Numbered from the stretch's first letter, positions 44,115-53,709 are shown. The stretch: DNA of 64,000 nt from Longimicrobiales bacterium (GCA_040081395.1 JBEBGN010000004.1:446-64445); one strand, 5' to 3'. Translations and numbers: made by a program. The notes: generated by a model from the letters alone, not told the origin.

Positions 44115-44421
44115 GCTAGGACTCCCCCAGAGGGTTGGTCTATCGAACGCTGGGCAGAGTGTGCAGGAAGGATGCCAGGCGAGGCCGGACCTACCTCTTG
44201 GGAGGGGGAGGTACATCCCGGTATCCCCACCATGTATCCCCCGTGGGGGGCGGCGATCGAGGGGGTCTGGTGGCTCGCGCGGTCGCGGACGGTTACCCGG
44301 CCGTAGCCGTACCCTTGCGGTTCAGATTGGCGACGCGTAGTCTGCCGGTTGCAGTGGTGCCGGCGCCCGCCGGTGCCGCGCCATTTGGCAACTGTCCAAG
44401 CGGCCTACTAGGAGGAAGCAA

Positions 44422-47400
44422 ATGGACAAGCTCATTCGTCAGCGTTTGTCGCAGAGTCTGGGGGTGCTAACAGCAATGTTGCTGTTGGTGGCCCCCGGTC
44501 TGGCTGCGCAAACCGGCACGATCGCCGGAAGAGTGATCGACGCCGGAAGTAACCTCCCGATCCCAGCCGCGCAGGTGTTCATCGCGGATCTGGACATCGG
44601 TGTGCTGTCTCAGCAAAACGGGTCCTATATCCTCCTGAACGTACCTGTGGGTCCGCGGACGGTGACCGTCCAGCGCATCGGGTATCGCCAGGTGACCCAG
44701 AACGTGACGGTGGCCGGCGGTCAGACCGCGGTGCTCGACTTCCGTATCTCGGAAGAGGCGCTGCAGCTGGACGAGATCATCATCACCGGTACGCCCGGCG
44801 GTACGCAGCGGCGCGCGATCGGTAATGCCGTCTCGTCCGTCGACGTGTCCGATGTCGTTCAGGACGTGTCGATCTCGGGCGTGCAGGACCTGCTCTCGGG
44901 CCGTACGCCCGGCGTGCAGTTCACGCGCCTCACGGGCAACGTCGGGCAGGGCTCCCCGGTCCGCGTCCGCGGCATCGGGTCCTTCACCGACGCGAACACG
45001 AACCCGCTCGTCTACATCGACGGCGTGCGCGTGAACAACGACGTCAACGCGGGCCCGACGGTGGGCGGTGGTGACGGCGTCAGCGTTCTCGACGACATCA
45101 ATCCGGAAGACATCGAGAGCATCGAGATCATCAAGGGACCCGCGGCCGCGAGCCTGTACGGCACCGAGGCTTCGGCGGGCGTGATCCAGATCATCACGAA
45201 GCGTGGCCGCGAAGGCACACCGGTCTTCAACGTGTCGATCCGCCAGGGCGTGAACTACATGGCGGATCCGGCGAGCCGTTTGGGCGAGATGTGGTACTGC
45301 CCCTATGACAACAGCCCGGTTTCTGCTGGCGCCAACGAGATCTACGCCGGTGTAGCGGGTGTGCCGACCGGTTCGGACAGCCGGCTCTGCAACGAAGCGA
45401 GCGAGCTCGTTCCGTACAACATGTACGACGAGGCGAACGAGTACATCGCGGAGGGCTACTTCCCGTGGCCGTCCGAGAACCTGTACCAGAATGGCCCGGC
45501 GCAGAGCTACAACCTCGACGTCAGTGGCGGTACGCAGGCGATCTCCTACTTCCTCTCGACCAACTACGATCGCGAGGACGGCTACATCTACTGGAACCAG
45601 GATGAGACGTTCCGCCTGCGCGCGAATGTCGGCGTCGTCTTCAGCGAGCTCTTCTCGCTCGACGTGTCGACGTCGTACGTGGACGGGTACACGCGCTTCG
45701 GCGCGCCGGTGCAGGGCGACGGTGGCGAGTGGCAGGACATGGTGTGGTCGAACGGTACCTATCTGAATGACAACATTCCGTTCGGTACGCAGGTCACGCA
45801 GACGAACGGCACCGTCCGTACGATCGGTGACCCGCGCCTCGGTGGTTTCCAGGAGAAGCTCCCCTCGGACATCGAGGACAACGAGGCCACGCGTGAGTAC
45901 AACCGGTTCACAGGCTCCACGACGATGCGCTTCCAGACGGGGGACGTCAGCCTCGGTGGCATGACGGCTTCGATGACGCACCGCGCGGTCGTCGGCATCG
46001 ACAAGCAGTGGGACATCAACCAGAACGTCTTCCCGATCGAGGACGGCGTCGTTCCGGCGCACCTCATTTCGTACTTCCCGGTCGGGTACAAGTGGCGCGA
46101 GGCGTATCCCGAGAACCTCGAGGGTACGGCCGCGTACGAGCGCCCCATCACCACGAACCTGAGCTTCGACTACGCGCTCACGACCAACCTGCGCGTGAAC
46201 GACACCTGGGCCTTCGCTACGTCGGCGGGTGCACAGTACAACCTCCGCGAGGTCGACTACTTCGACAACTCCGGTACGGGGTACGCGACCCCGCTGTCCC
46301 GTACGATCAACCAGATCCAGCAGTCGAAGATCCAGACGGGCTATAGCAACACCACGAACAAGGGCATGGGTTTCTACTTCCAGGAAGAGATCAACTACGG
46401 CGACCGCATCTTCCTCACCGGTGCGGTGCGCTTCGACGACAACTCCACGTTCGGCGCAGATGCGCCGTCGCAGAGCTACCCCAAGGTTTCGGCCTCGTGG
46501 GTGGTGTCGGACGAGAGCTTCTGGAATTTCGACTTCATGCCGTCGCTGCGTCTGCGCGGCGCGTGGGGCAAGTCGGGTCGTCAGCCGACCTCCATCGCCG
46601 GCTTCAACGTGTACGCAGCGTCCCCCGGTCCGCTCGGCGGCGCGGGCATCCGCCCGTCGGCTCCGGGCAACCCGATCGTGGAGCCCGAGGTGAGCACGGA
46701 GCTCGAGTTGGGCTTCGAGTTCTCGATGTTCGAGGACCGCGTCTCGGGTGAGTTCACGCGCTACGCCAAGAAGAACGAGCAGGTGCTCCAGGGCGTCCCG
46801 CTCCCGGCGAGCTTCGGGTTCCCAGGCAGCGTGCAGACCAACATCGGCCGCCTGGACAACTGGGGCTGGGAGGCGCAGCTCAGCACGCGCCTCTACGAGA
46901 GCGACCTCGTGTCGTTCGACGTCGACTGGTCAGCGGATCATACGGACAACGAGATCAAGTCGCTTTGCAACGAGGTGGGTGGAGTCCAGAAGTGCTTCGC
47001 TGGCAACACCACGCAGGCGATCGGGCTTCCCTACCCGAACCAGATCATCGACTACAACGTTTCGCACGGCGTGTGGCAGTGGGAGGCTGGTTACGATCCC
47101 ACGACGGCCAACACCAGGGTGAGCGATCACGGCGACCGCCTCAACCCGTTCTGCTTCCCGGCGGAGTCCCTCGCGCCGCGTGATTCGAACGGACAGGCGT
47201 CTGCGGACAGCCTGCGCTACGGGAAGGAGTTCGGCGATACGCCGGTCCTGTGCAACACCCTGACGTCCTGGACCCGGAACGCCTTCGCCGGGCGCTCCTA
47301 CGCGACGCACACGTACTCCATCGCGCCGCGCATCACGCTGTTCAACAATGCGCTGCAAGTCTTCGCAATGGCGCAGGGCGAGTACGGCCGTACCCGCGAG

Positions 47401-47790
47401 GAGAGTGCACACACCTGGACGCACAACTACTTCAGCACCAAGGCGTCCAAGCTTCAGGAAGACGCGGCCTGGACCGCCAGTTACATCCTGAACGGGACCA
47501 GCGCTAACTCGTACTACAAGGGCCTCTTCGACGGAGATTTCTGGAAGCTCCGTGAGGTCGGTATGCGCTACAACCTGCCCGAGTCGTGGGCTGGCCGTGT
47601 GGGCGCTTCGCGCGCCTCGCTGGCCATGTCGGCACGCAACATCCTGACCATCTGGCAGGCTCAGAAGCGCATTCACGGCAACGCGATCTCCGATCCGGAG
47701 TTCGGCACGGCCGGCCTGACGGGCGACGGCAACTTCTACGAGACGCCGCCGCTCTCCAGCATCAACATCACGCTGCGGGCCACTTTCTAG
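44422..47790 (+). CDS. SusC/RagA-family TonB-dependent outer-membrane receptor
   Basis: CarboxypepD_reg N-domain, plug (IEIIKGPAAASLYGTEASAGVIQIITKRG), large barrel, C-terminal ...NITLRATF. aggagg SD upstream. Confidence 0.9.
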   Translation: MDKLIRQRLSQSLGVLTAMLLLVAPGLAAQTGTIAGRVIDAGSNLPIPAAQVFIADLDIGVLSQQNGSYILLNVPVGPRTVTVQRIGYRQVTQNVTVAGGQTAVLDFRISEEALQLDEIIITGTPGGTQRRAIGNAVSSVDVSDVVQDVSISGVQDLLSGRTPGVQFTRLTGNVGQGSPVRVRGIGSFTDANTNPLVYIDGVRVNNDVNAGPTVGGGDGVSVLDDINPEDIESIEIIKGPAAASLYGTEASAGVIQIITKRGREGTPVFNVSIRQGVNYMADPASRLGEMWYCPYDNSPVSAGANEIYAGVAGVPTGSDSRLCNEASELVPYNMYDEANEYIAEGYFPWPSENLYQNGPAQSYNLDVSGGTQAISYFLSTNYDREDGYIYWNQDETFRLRANVGVVFSELFSLDVSTSYVDGYTRFGAPVQGDGGEWQDMVWSNGTYLNDNIPFGTQVTQTNGTVRTIGDPRLGGFQEKLPSDIEDNEATREYNRFTGSTTMRFQTGDVSLGGMTASMTHRAVVGIDKQWDINQNVFPIEDGVVPAHLISYFPVGYKWREAYPENLEGTAAYERPITTNLSFDYALTTNLRVNDTWAFATSAGAQYNLREVDYFDNSGTGYATPLSRTINQIQQSKIQTGYSNTTNKGMGFYFQEEINYGDRIFLTGAVRFDDNSTFGADAPSQSYPKVSASWVVSDESFWNFDFMPSLRLRGAWGKSGRQPTSIAGFNVYAASPGPLGGAGIRPSAPGNPIVEPEVSTELELGFEFSMFEDRVSGEFTRYAKKNEQVLQGVPLPASFGFPGSVQTNIGRLDNWGWEAQLSTRLYESDLVSFDVDWSADHTDNEIKSLCNEVGGVQKCFAGNTTQAIGLPYPNQIIDYNVSHGVWQWEAGYDPTTANTRVSDHGDRLNPFCFPAESLAPRDSNGQASADSLRYGKEFGDTPVLCNTLTSWTRNAFAGRSYATHTYSIAPRITLFNNALQVFAMAQGEYGRTREESAHTWTHNYFSTKASKLQEDAAWTASYILNGTSANSYYKGLFDGDFWKLREVGMRYNLPESWAGRVGASRASLAMSARNILTIWQAQKRIHGNAISDPEFGTAGLTGDGNFYETPPLSSINITLRATF

Positions 47791-47880
47791 TTCGAGGACG
47801 GAGGCACCTGGGTGGTGGGGGTGAAACCCCGCCACCCAGGCGCTCTACGGACTTCGACAACCCTTTCGACTTCGGATAGG

Positions 47881-49665
47881 ATGCGAGGAATGCGACAGAG
47901 ACTTCACGAGCGCTGGACGACGAGGGCCACACGCGTCCTCGTCACCGGCCTGGGGGTGGCAGGGCTGACCGCCTGCGATAGCCTGCTGGAGGTCGAGCTC
48001 CCCCACCTGCTCACAGACGATGCAATTCAATCGGCGAACACCGCCGAACTTCAGGTCAACTCCGCGATCGCGCTGTTCGAGTGCGGGTACACGCACTTCG
48101 GCCTCACGACGCTGGGTCACGACGACACGATGACGTCGGTGTCGGGCGTGGGAAGCGGGAACAACGTCTACTCCGCAACAGCGGCCTCAGGGAACTGCGA
48201 CACCAGCGATACTGCTATCGCATGGTTCGACCAGATCATGGGCGCGCGCGCTATGCTCAGCACCACGCCGTCACGCATGGTGGCGACGTCGCAGGGCACG
48301 GTCACCGGTGACTTCCCCGTCGGCCGGGGTGTGTACGACCGCATCCAGGACGAGTGGGGGATCGCAGGCGTGATCAACGGCGAGCGGCTTTCCGCGCTCG
48401 CCTCGATCTACGTAGCCATGTCGCTCGGGCACTTGGGCGAGATCATGTGCGACATGTCGATCGACGGCAGCGACTTGCTCACGCCGGACGAGGTGTTGGC
48501 GGTCGCGGAGGGCTGGATCACGAGTCGTGCTCTGGGCCACATCACGAACGCCGGTACCGGGTTCACGGTGATGCCGTTCGGCGTCACTTCGAGCGCCACT
48601 GCTACGACCGGTGGAACCCCCACCGAGATGGCGCTGGCGGTCCGCGCGCGGATTCGCTGGGCGCGTGGCGACCTGGCGGGTGCGGATGCCGACGCGGCGA
48701 CGGTTCTCGGCACACGCTCGCGCTTCACGGCGTGGGTGACACGTGACGTCGGACCGACCCGCCGGAACAAGGTCTGGTTCACGAACACCTTCCAGGGCTA
48801 CTCCGGCATGATGGGCCTGAACCGGAACTGGAACGGACCGGCGCGCAATCCGAACCCTGCGACCGGCACGCAGTGGCCCACGATCCTTCCCTTCACCGGG
48901 TATATCGGCCTCGGCCTGACGCCGGACGGGCGTGCGCTCGAGCCGCATCCCACCGGGGGAGCGCCGAGCATTCCGGTGCGGTTCGCTGAAGAGGCACGCA
49001 ACTCGACATTCGCGCAGGTGCCGTGCACGGTGGCGTCGCCGGCGCCCGGGTGCGTGGTGGGCGCGGTGCAGGACCACCGCGTTCAGCATGGCCGCAAGCA
49101 GATCCAGACCGGTTTCTACGAGGTGCCCTTCCGCTATGGCACCACCGCGGCTGGCTCGGACGGCAACGACATTCCGTACATGACGTGGGAGGAGCTGCGG
49201 CTCATCCGTGCGGAGCGTTATAACCAGCTGAACGACCGGACGAACGCGATCGCGCAGATCAATGCGATCCGCTCTGCGCCGAGCATCACGGGCGCCAGCT
49301 CGAGCAACCAAGCGGCCGCTGCGCTGCCGGCGATTTCGGGCGCATATCTGGCGGCACTCACGGACGGGACGAACGATCAGGCCGAGATGCGGGCCGCGAT
49401 CATCGAGGAGCGCCGTCGTGAGTTCTTCAGTGAAGGCCGGTACATGGCCACGAAGATCCAGAACACGGATCTGACCTGGTTCCCGCGGCTCCAGGGCAGC
49501 GGTCTGACGTACCAGAATGCTGGCGGCGTGCGGTTGCTCCTGCCGGCTGACGAGTACACCAACAACCCGTACATGATTGCGCGTGGACGTGAGTCGGCGC
49601 GTGGCACGGGTTGCACCACTGCGGCTCCCGGCCTGCTGCCCGGCGCGACGGTCCCGCTCTTCTAG
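47881..49665 (+). CDS. SusD/RagB-family outer-membrane lipoprotein
   Basis: Lipobox GLTACDS. Position immediately after SusC. C-terminal RAAIIEERRREFFSEGRY pattern is typical of SusD/RagB. Start at the ATG at 47881 (or 47890). Confidence 0.8.
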   Translation: MRGMRQRLHERWTTRATRVLVTGLGVAGLTACDSLLEVELPHLLTDDAIQSANTAELQVNSAIALFECGYTHFGLTTLGHDDTMTSVSGVGSGNNVYSATAASGNCDTSDTAIAWFDQIMGARAMLSTTPSRMVATSQGTVTGDFPVGRGVYDRIQDEWGIAGVINGERLSALASIYVAMSLGHLGEIMCDMSIDGSDLLTPDEVLAVAEGWITSRALGHITNAGTGFTVMPFGVTSSATATTGGTPTEMALAVRARIRWARGDLAGADADAATVLGTRSRFTAWVTRDVGPTRRNKVWFTNTFQGYSGMMGLNRNWNGPARNPNPATGTQWPTILPFTGYIGLGLTPDGRALEPHPTGGAPSIPVRFAEEARNSTFAQVPCTVASPAPGCVVGAVQDHRVQHGRKQIQTGFYEVPFRYGTTAAGSDGNDIPYMTWEELRLIRAERYNQLNDRTNAIAQINAIRSAPSITGASSSNQAAAALPAISGAYLAALTDGTNDQAEMRAAIIEERRREFFSEGRYMATKIQNTDLTWFPRLQGSGLTYQNAGGVRLLLPADEYTNNPYMIARGRESARGTGCTTAAPGLLPGATVPLF

Positions 49666-49703
49666 ACCACCGTGTAACCAAGCAGTTCAGCCGTTGCTGT
49701 AGC

Positions 49704-49739
49704 GAGGCCCGGGGCGAAAGCCCCGGGCCTCTTGCTTTC
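49704..49739 (+). terminator. Rho-independent terminator of susD
   Basis: gaggcccgggg-cgaaag-ccccgggcctc (11-bp perfect stem, GAAA-type loop) followed by ttgctttc. Confidence 0.7.
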
Positions 49740-49770
49740 GGGGTCTGGGGCTCAAGCGTTGGTCGGAGTG

Positions 49771-50078
49771 GTGACAGGTCCGCGAAGCGGGGCGGTGAGG
49801 GTACCTCCCTCGGAGGGGACATCGGCGCCGGGCCCCGGATGACCCGGCGCCGCTTAGCGACGCGGCGCCTAGGTCAGAGGTGCAGAAGCGGTCGCCAGCC
49901 CGAGCGGTCCGTGACAGGCCCGCGAAGCGGGGGCGGTGAGGGTACCTCCCTCGGAGGGGACATCGGCGCCGGGGCTCGGACGACCCGGCGCCGCTAAGCG
50001 ACGCGGCGCGCGGGATGAGGGGCTGAAGCGTTCGCCAGCGGAGCGGTCCCCAAAGAGGGAGGTACCCTCACCGCCCCC
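49771..50078. repeat. Tandem array (2 full ~140-nt units plus a flanking partial unit) of a palindromic intergenic element, closed by a 24-nt perfect inverted repeat
   Basis: Units at 49771-49910 and 49911-50049. 49929-49952 (gggggcggtgagggtacctccctc) is the exact reverse complement of 50055-50078. Each unit carries ggcgccggg-N10-cccggcgcc followed by gct[t/a]agcgacgcggcgc. Confidence 0.75.
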
Positions 50079-50093
50079 GAGGAGCCAAGTAGC

Positions 50094-51470
50094 TTACGTC
50101 GGCTCGTAGCGATACGCCGACGCCACGCCCTCGAACCGCACCTCGAAGTCCACGCTCTCGCCCGTCGGAGGGGCCGCGAGCGTAACCGTGGTCGTGCCAA
50201 TCTCCTGGGCCGCGTCGTCGTAGAAGACGAACCGCACCGTCACCGCTGTACCCGCGTCGGCCATGTTACCCGTCAGGTCCCCGATGATCGTGGTCGCCGC
50301 GCCGCTCCGTTGCATGCGCAGGGACTCCAGGAACACGGGGAGCTGTTCGGCCCCCCGCAGGCTCTCGAGCGCACCCTGGCGGTCACCGCTCTCGAGCTGG
50401 GCGCGCGCGGTGATGAGCCGGGCGTTCTCGCCAAGTGGGTCCACCGCGATCAGGCGCGGCCCCGCACTCTGGAGCTCGGTCCACGACTCGGCCGCGAACA
50501 GGGAGTTCACATAGTTGAACCATGCGTCCCGCGACTCGGGGTGGATCGTCGTCAGGCGCGCAAAGGCCTCGGCGGCCTGCGCGTACTCACCCGACCGGAA
50601 GAGACCCGTGCCTAGGTTGAACAGCTCCGTCGACTCGAGGGTCGGCTCCTCGAGAAGTGTCTCGTATACCACCCGCGCCTCCTCCTCCCGCCCTTGGCCG
50701 GTCAACGCCGCAGCGAGTTCGGCGCGGAGCTCGACATTGTCCGGCTCCCGCTCCAGCTGGCGCCGGAGCAGGGGCTCCGCCTCTGCGAACATCCCCGTGA
50801 TGAGATAGATGGGCGCCAGGTCCTCCTCGAGCTCACTCCTAGAAGCCTCTCGGTCGCGGGTCTCCTCGAGAGTGAGCAGGCGCGCCACTGGGACCTTGCC
50901 GAGCCCGACCAGCGCTCCCTCGAAGGCTTCGATGGCCTCGGGATAACGTCCCTCAGTGATCAGCAGGCTGGCGAGGTTCCTGTGCGCCTCGGGGCGGAGA
51001 TCGAACATGAGGGTAGCCCCCGCCCAGATATCGATCGTCCGTGTGACATCCCCTTCCTCGTAGGCCTGGAGGCCATCGTTGAACGCCTGCCCCCACGCCG
51101 CCTCGCGCTCCGGCTCGATGTCCAGCTGATAGGCCGGATAGATGCTCTGAGCCGCGGTGAACATCGAGTCCGCGCTCGCGTATTGGCCCAGCCGCGCGTG
51201 AGCGACTCCCGCGAGGAAGAAGTGGATGGGGTTCGTGGAGTCGGCCGCGATCCCCTCGAGGGCCCGCTCGAGCGCCCGGTCGGGAAGGGCTGACCGCAAA
51301 TAGAGCGTGGCCGTCTGGGAGGCCCGAGTCTCGCGAGGCGGTATCCCCCCCTCGAACACGATCCCGGTGGGGGAGACCACGGGCCCGACAGGGCCGGAAG
51401 GCCGGGACACACAGCCGCAGAGCAGGAGGACCGCGAGCAGGCGGCCCAGCGCCGCCGGACCCCTCACCAA
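50094..51470 (-). CDS. TPR-repeat lipoprotein with a C-terminal beta-sandwich-like domain
   Basis: Lipobox LLLCGC. Multiple 34-aa TPR-like repeats (...AIEAFEGAL..., ...AEPLLRRQLE..., ...AAEAFARL...). TTG/GTG start 4 nt after the TonB-like stop. Confidence 0.7.
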   Translation of the reverse strand: MVRGPAALGRLLAVLLLCGCVSRPSGPVGPVVSPTGIVFEGGIPPRETRASQTATLYLRSALPDRALERALEGIAADSTNPIHFFLAGVAHARLGQYASADSMFTAAQSIYPAYQLDIEPEREAAWGQAFNDGLQAYEEGDVTRTIDIWAGATLMFDLRPEAHRNLASLLITEGRYPEAIEAFEGALVGLGKVPVARLLTLEETRDREASRSELEEDLAPIYLITGMFAEAEPLLRRQLEREPDNVELRAELAAALTGQGREEEARVVYETLLEEPTLESTELFNLGTGLFRSGEYAQAAEAFARLTTIHPESRDAWFNYVNSLFAAESWTELQSAGPRLIAVDPLGENARLITARAQLESGDRQGALESLRGAEQLPVFLESLRMQRSGAATTIIGDLTGNMADAGTAVTVRFVFYDDAAQEIGTTTVTLAAPPTGESVDFEVRFEGVASAYRYEPT

Positions 51471-51474
51471 CGCC

Positions 51475-52338
51475 CTACCAGGGGTAGTTGACCGAGAAGG
51501 TCACGGACCTGGAGATGTACAGCCCCCGCTCTCTCGCCGCCCTGAAGTCCGCCACCTCATTGAACAGCGCCAGCGTGAACTCGTCCAGGTCGGGCCGTCC
51601 GCTCGACTTGCTGATCTCCGCCCATTCCACCGAGCCACGCCTATCGATCCAGAGCGTCACGCTCACGGACCCGGTCGCGCTCTCGTCGAGGAGGCCCTCG
51701 CGATAGCTGCGACGGAGGTAGGCCTCCACCTCGGCTTGGTTGCGGATGAGCACCCACGCCGAAGCACTCATGAAGGCCAACTCGGGCCGCAGCGCCGAGA
51801 GTCGATCCAACTGGAGGCTGTCGGGCTCCGGCAGCTCGGCGAGATCGCTCAACACCGCATCGCTCTCGAAGCTCGGCGTGTCGTCCTCCTCGGTCGGCGC
51901 GCCATCCTCGTCGGGGCTGGCGTCGTCCGCCGGCCGCGGGTCGACGGCGGGCTCTGCGAGGGCGGGGAGGCGGATGCGACCCCGCCGCGTCTGGTCGCCG
52001 AGTGCATCCCAGAGTGCGGCCACCTCGGCGTCCGTGACGAGTGGCACCTCCTGCCCGGTCGCCGAGACGCCGGCGGGGTCGGCATCTCCCAGGATCGTGG
52101 GAACGGGGGAAAGCAACTGCTCGGTCGACGAGCCATCCCCATAGGACACGAGGAGCACGGCATCACTTCCGGCAGCCATGGGATCCATCAACTCCTGAGA
52201 CACCTGCCAAGCCGGGGAGAGGGCGAACACCGTCGCGTGCGCTACGACCGCAGCCGCGGTGGCGCGGGAGACGTACGCCTCCCAGCGTCCCCGCAGCTGC
52301 TCGCTTGCGCTCAGGCCGATCACGGCCGAGTTGGTCAT
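51475..52338 (-). CDS. TonB-family protein (C-terminal TonB_C domain; acidic/Pro-rich linker)
   Basis: One TM (AAAVVAHATVFAL), a Pro/Asp/Glu-rich spacer, and a C-terminal GSVSVTLWIDRRGSVEWAEISKSSGRPDLDEFTLALF...F pattern of TonB_C. Start set to the ATG at 52338. Confidence 0.6.
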   Translation of the reverse strand: MTNSAVIGLSASEQLRGRWEAYVSRATAAAVVAHATVFALSPAWQVSQELMDPMAAGSDAVLLVSYGDGSSTEQLLSPVPTILGDADPAGVSATGQEVPLVTDAEVAALWDALGDQTRRGRIRLPALAEPAVDPRPADDASPDEDGAPTEEDDTPSFESDAVLSDLAELPEPDSLQLDRLSALRPELAFMSASAWVLIRNQAEVEAYLRRSYREGLLDESATGSVSVTLWIDRRGSVEWAEISKSSGRPDLDEFTLALFNEVADFRAARERGLYISRSVTFSVNYPW

Positions 52339-52591
52339 CGACCGCAACCGTCGAAACGGGTACGTCGCATTGCCGACCTCGTGCGCCCGATGGAGATGAC
52401 AGGGCGGGCGCGGACCCCGCTTCAGGTAGGATACAGCCCCTGTCCGCGCACGCACAACCACCCGCCGGACGTGGGAAGGACCACGGGGCCAAGGCCCCAC
52501 GAAACGCCCGCTTGACCGCCCTGTCGGCCCGGTGGCGACGGCCCTACGATAGGAATCCAGGATTCGCTGCGATGGGTGCGGCGGAAGGGAT

Positions 52592-53614
52592 GTGACCATG
52601 AGGACCCGAGCCGTGTGGCGTTGCGTTGCCCAGCCGATTGCGGCCTGTCTGGTTCTGGGCGTCTGCGCTTCCGCAGCCTGGACAGAAGCAGATGCCCAAT
52701 CCGCCAGCTCGCCGGCAAATGGGGGCGGCTCGGAGGTGCCTTGCGCGGTGCCGCTGACCTGGCGCGTCGCCCGCATCGATCGCGAGTTCGGGCTCGACGC
52801 CAACCGAGCCACCGCCATCATCCGTGAGGCTGGGGGGCTGTGGGAGGGCGCATCGGGACAGCCCCTTTTCCTGCACGACCCCGATCAGGGGTTCCCTGTG
52901 CGACTGATCTACGATGAACGCCAGGAACGCACACAGGAGCGGCTGGGGCGGCAGGCCGTTCTCGATGCGTTCACCCGCGATCTCGAACGCCTGCGCGACG
53001 GACACGCCGAACGGGTGCGCTCCTTCAACGAAAGCAGTGCCCGGCACGCCGAGCGCGTCCGGGACTTCGAGCGCCGGCTGGCCGAACACAACGTCGTGGT
53101 GCGTGAGTGGAACGGGCGCGGCGGTGCTCCGGAGGCCGTGGGTGTGGAGCTCCGTACGGTGGGCGAAGCACTGGACCGGGAGCGCCGCGAATTGGAAGAG
53201 TCGAGCCGGCCTCTCGAGTCGGAGCGGGCCGGCCTCGGCGACGCGGAGCGTCAGATCGAAGGAGCGGCACGGGAGCGGGAACGCTTGGCTGCCGAGTTGG
53301 TGCGCGATTTTCCTCCCGCGGCGGTCGAGTCCGGGGAGTATCGGGAGGCGATACGTCGGGAGGGTACGCGCGTCGTCTCCGTGGGTCGTGAGATCCGGAT
53401 CTATCGGTTCGGAAGCGACGAGGAGTTGCGGTTGATCGCGGCGCACGAGTTCGGACATGCGCTCGGCCTGGGGCATCTCTCGGGCTCCGGCGCCGTGATG
53501 TCCGGCCAGCAGCACGTGGGCGGGGGGGGCGGCGCCCCTTCGGGGGTCCTCACCGACGGGGATGTACGCCTCCTGAGGGCCACCTGTCCCGGGCTGACCG
53601 GGGGGACCCGGTGA
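52592..53614 (+). CDS. Secreted metzincin (matrixin/M10-like) with a long coiled-coil insert
   Basis: Signal peptide; HEFGHALGLGH (HExxHxxGxxH) and Met-turn AVM. About 140 Arg/Glu-rich residues lie between the N-terminal strands and the catalytic helix. Confidence 0.75.
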   Translation: MTMRTRAVWRCVAQPIAACLVLGVCASAAWTEADAQSASSPANGGGSEVPCAVPLTWRVARIDREFGLDANRATAIIREAGGLWEGASGQPLFLHDPDQGFPVRLIYDERQERTQERLGRQAVLDAFTRDLERLRDGHAERVRSFNESSARHAERVRDFERRLAEHNVVVREWNGRGGAPEAVGVELRTVGEALDRERRELEESSRPLESERAGLGDAERQIEGAARERERLAAELVRDFPPAAVESGEYREAIRREGTRVVSVGREIRIYRFGSDEELRLIAAHEFGHALGLGHLSGSGAVMSGQQHVGGGGGAPSGVLTDGDVRLLRATCPGLTGGTR

Positions 53615-53709
53615 GGTTTGCCCCCTCGATGGGGCGGGGCTCCCCCGGGGAGCCCCGGGGTATGAGTTGGGCAGCTTGCCCATGCCGGCAGGCCAGGGAG
53701 GGCCGAGTC

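Noticed and set aside
44115-44421. Riboswitch (cobalamin B12-box-like cagtggtgcc) or sigma-54 promoter (tggcaactgtccaagc) in the 307-nt spacer upstream of susC.
   Set aside because: The B12 box GCCACUG is not actually present and the other conserved cobalamin-riboswitch blocks are missing. In the TGGCA...GC candidate the GG-GC spacing is off by one and the -12 TTGC element is absent.
49611-49997. 128-aa ORF whose product contains a repeated peptide (...GEGTSLGGDIGAG...RRRLATRR...).
   Set aside because: The peptide repeat is simply the translation of the ~140-nt tandem DNA repeat. The ORF starts inside the susD 3' end, spans the susD terminator hairpin and has no SD. It is treated as non-coding repeat DNA.
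49771-50078. Possible CRISPR array, because of the direct repeats.
   Set aside because: There are only about 2.3 contiguous ~140-nt units with no unique spacers between them. The repeat length is far above the 24-48 nt CRISPR range, and there are no cas genes in the window.
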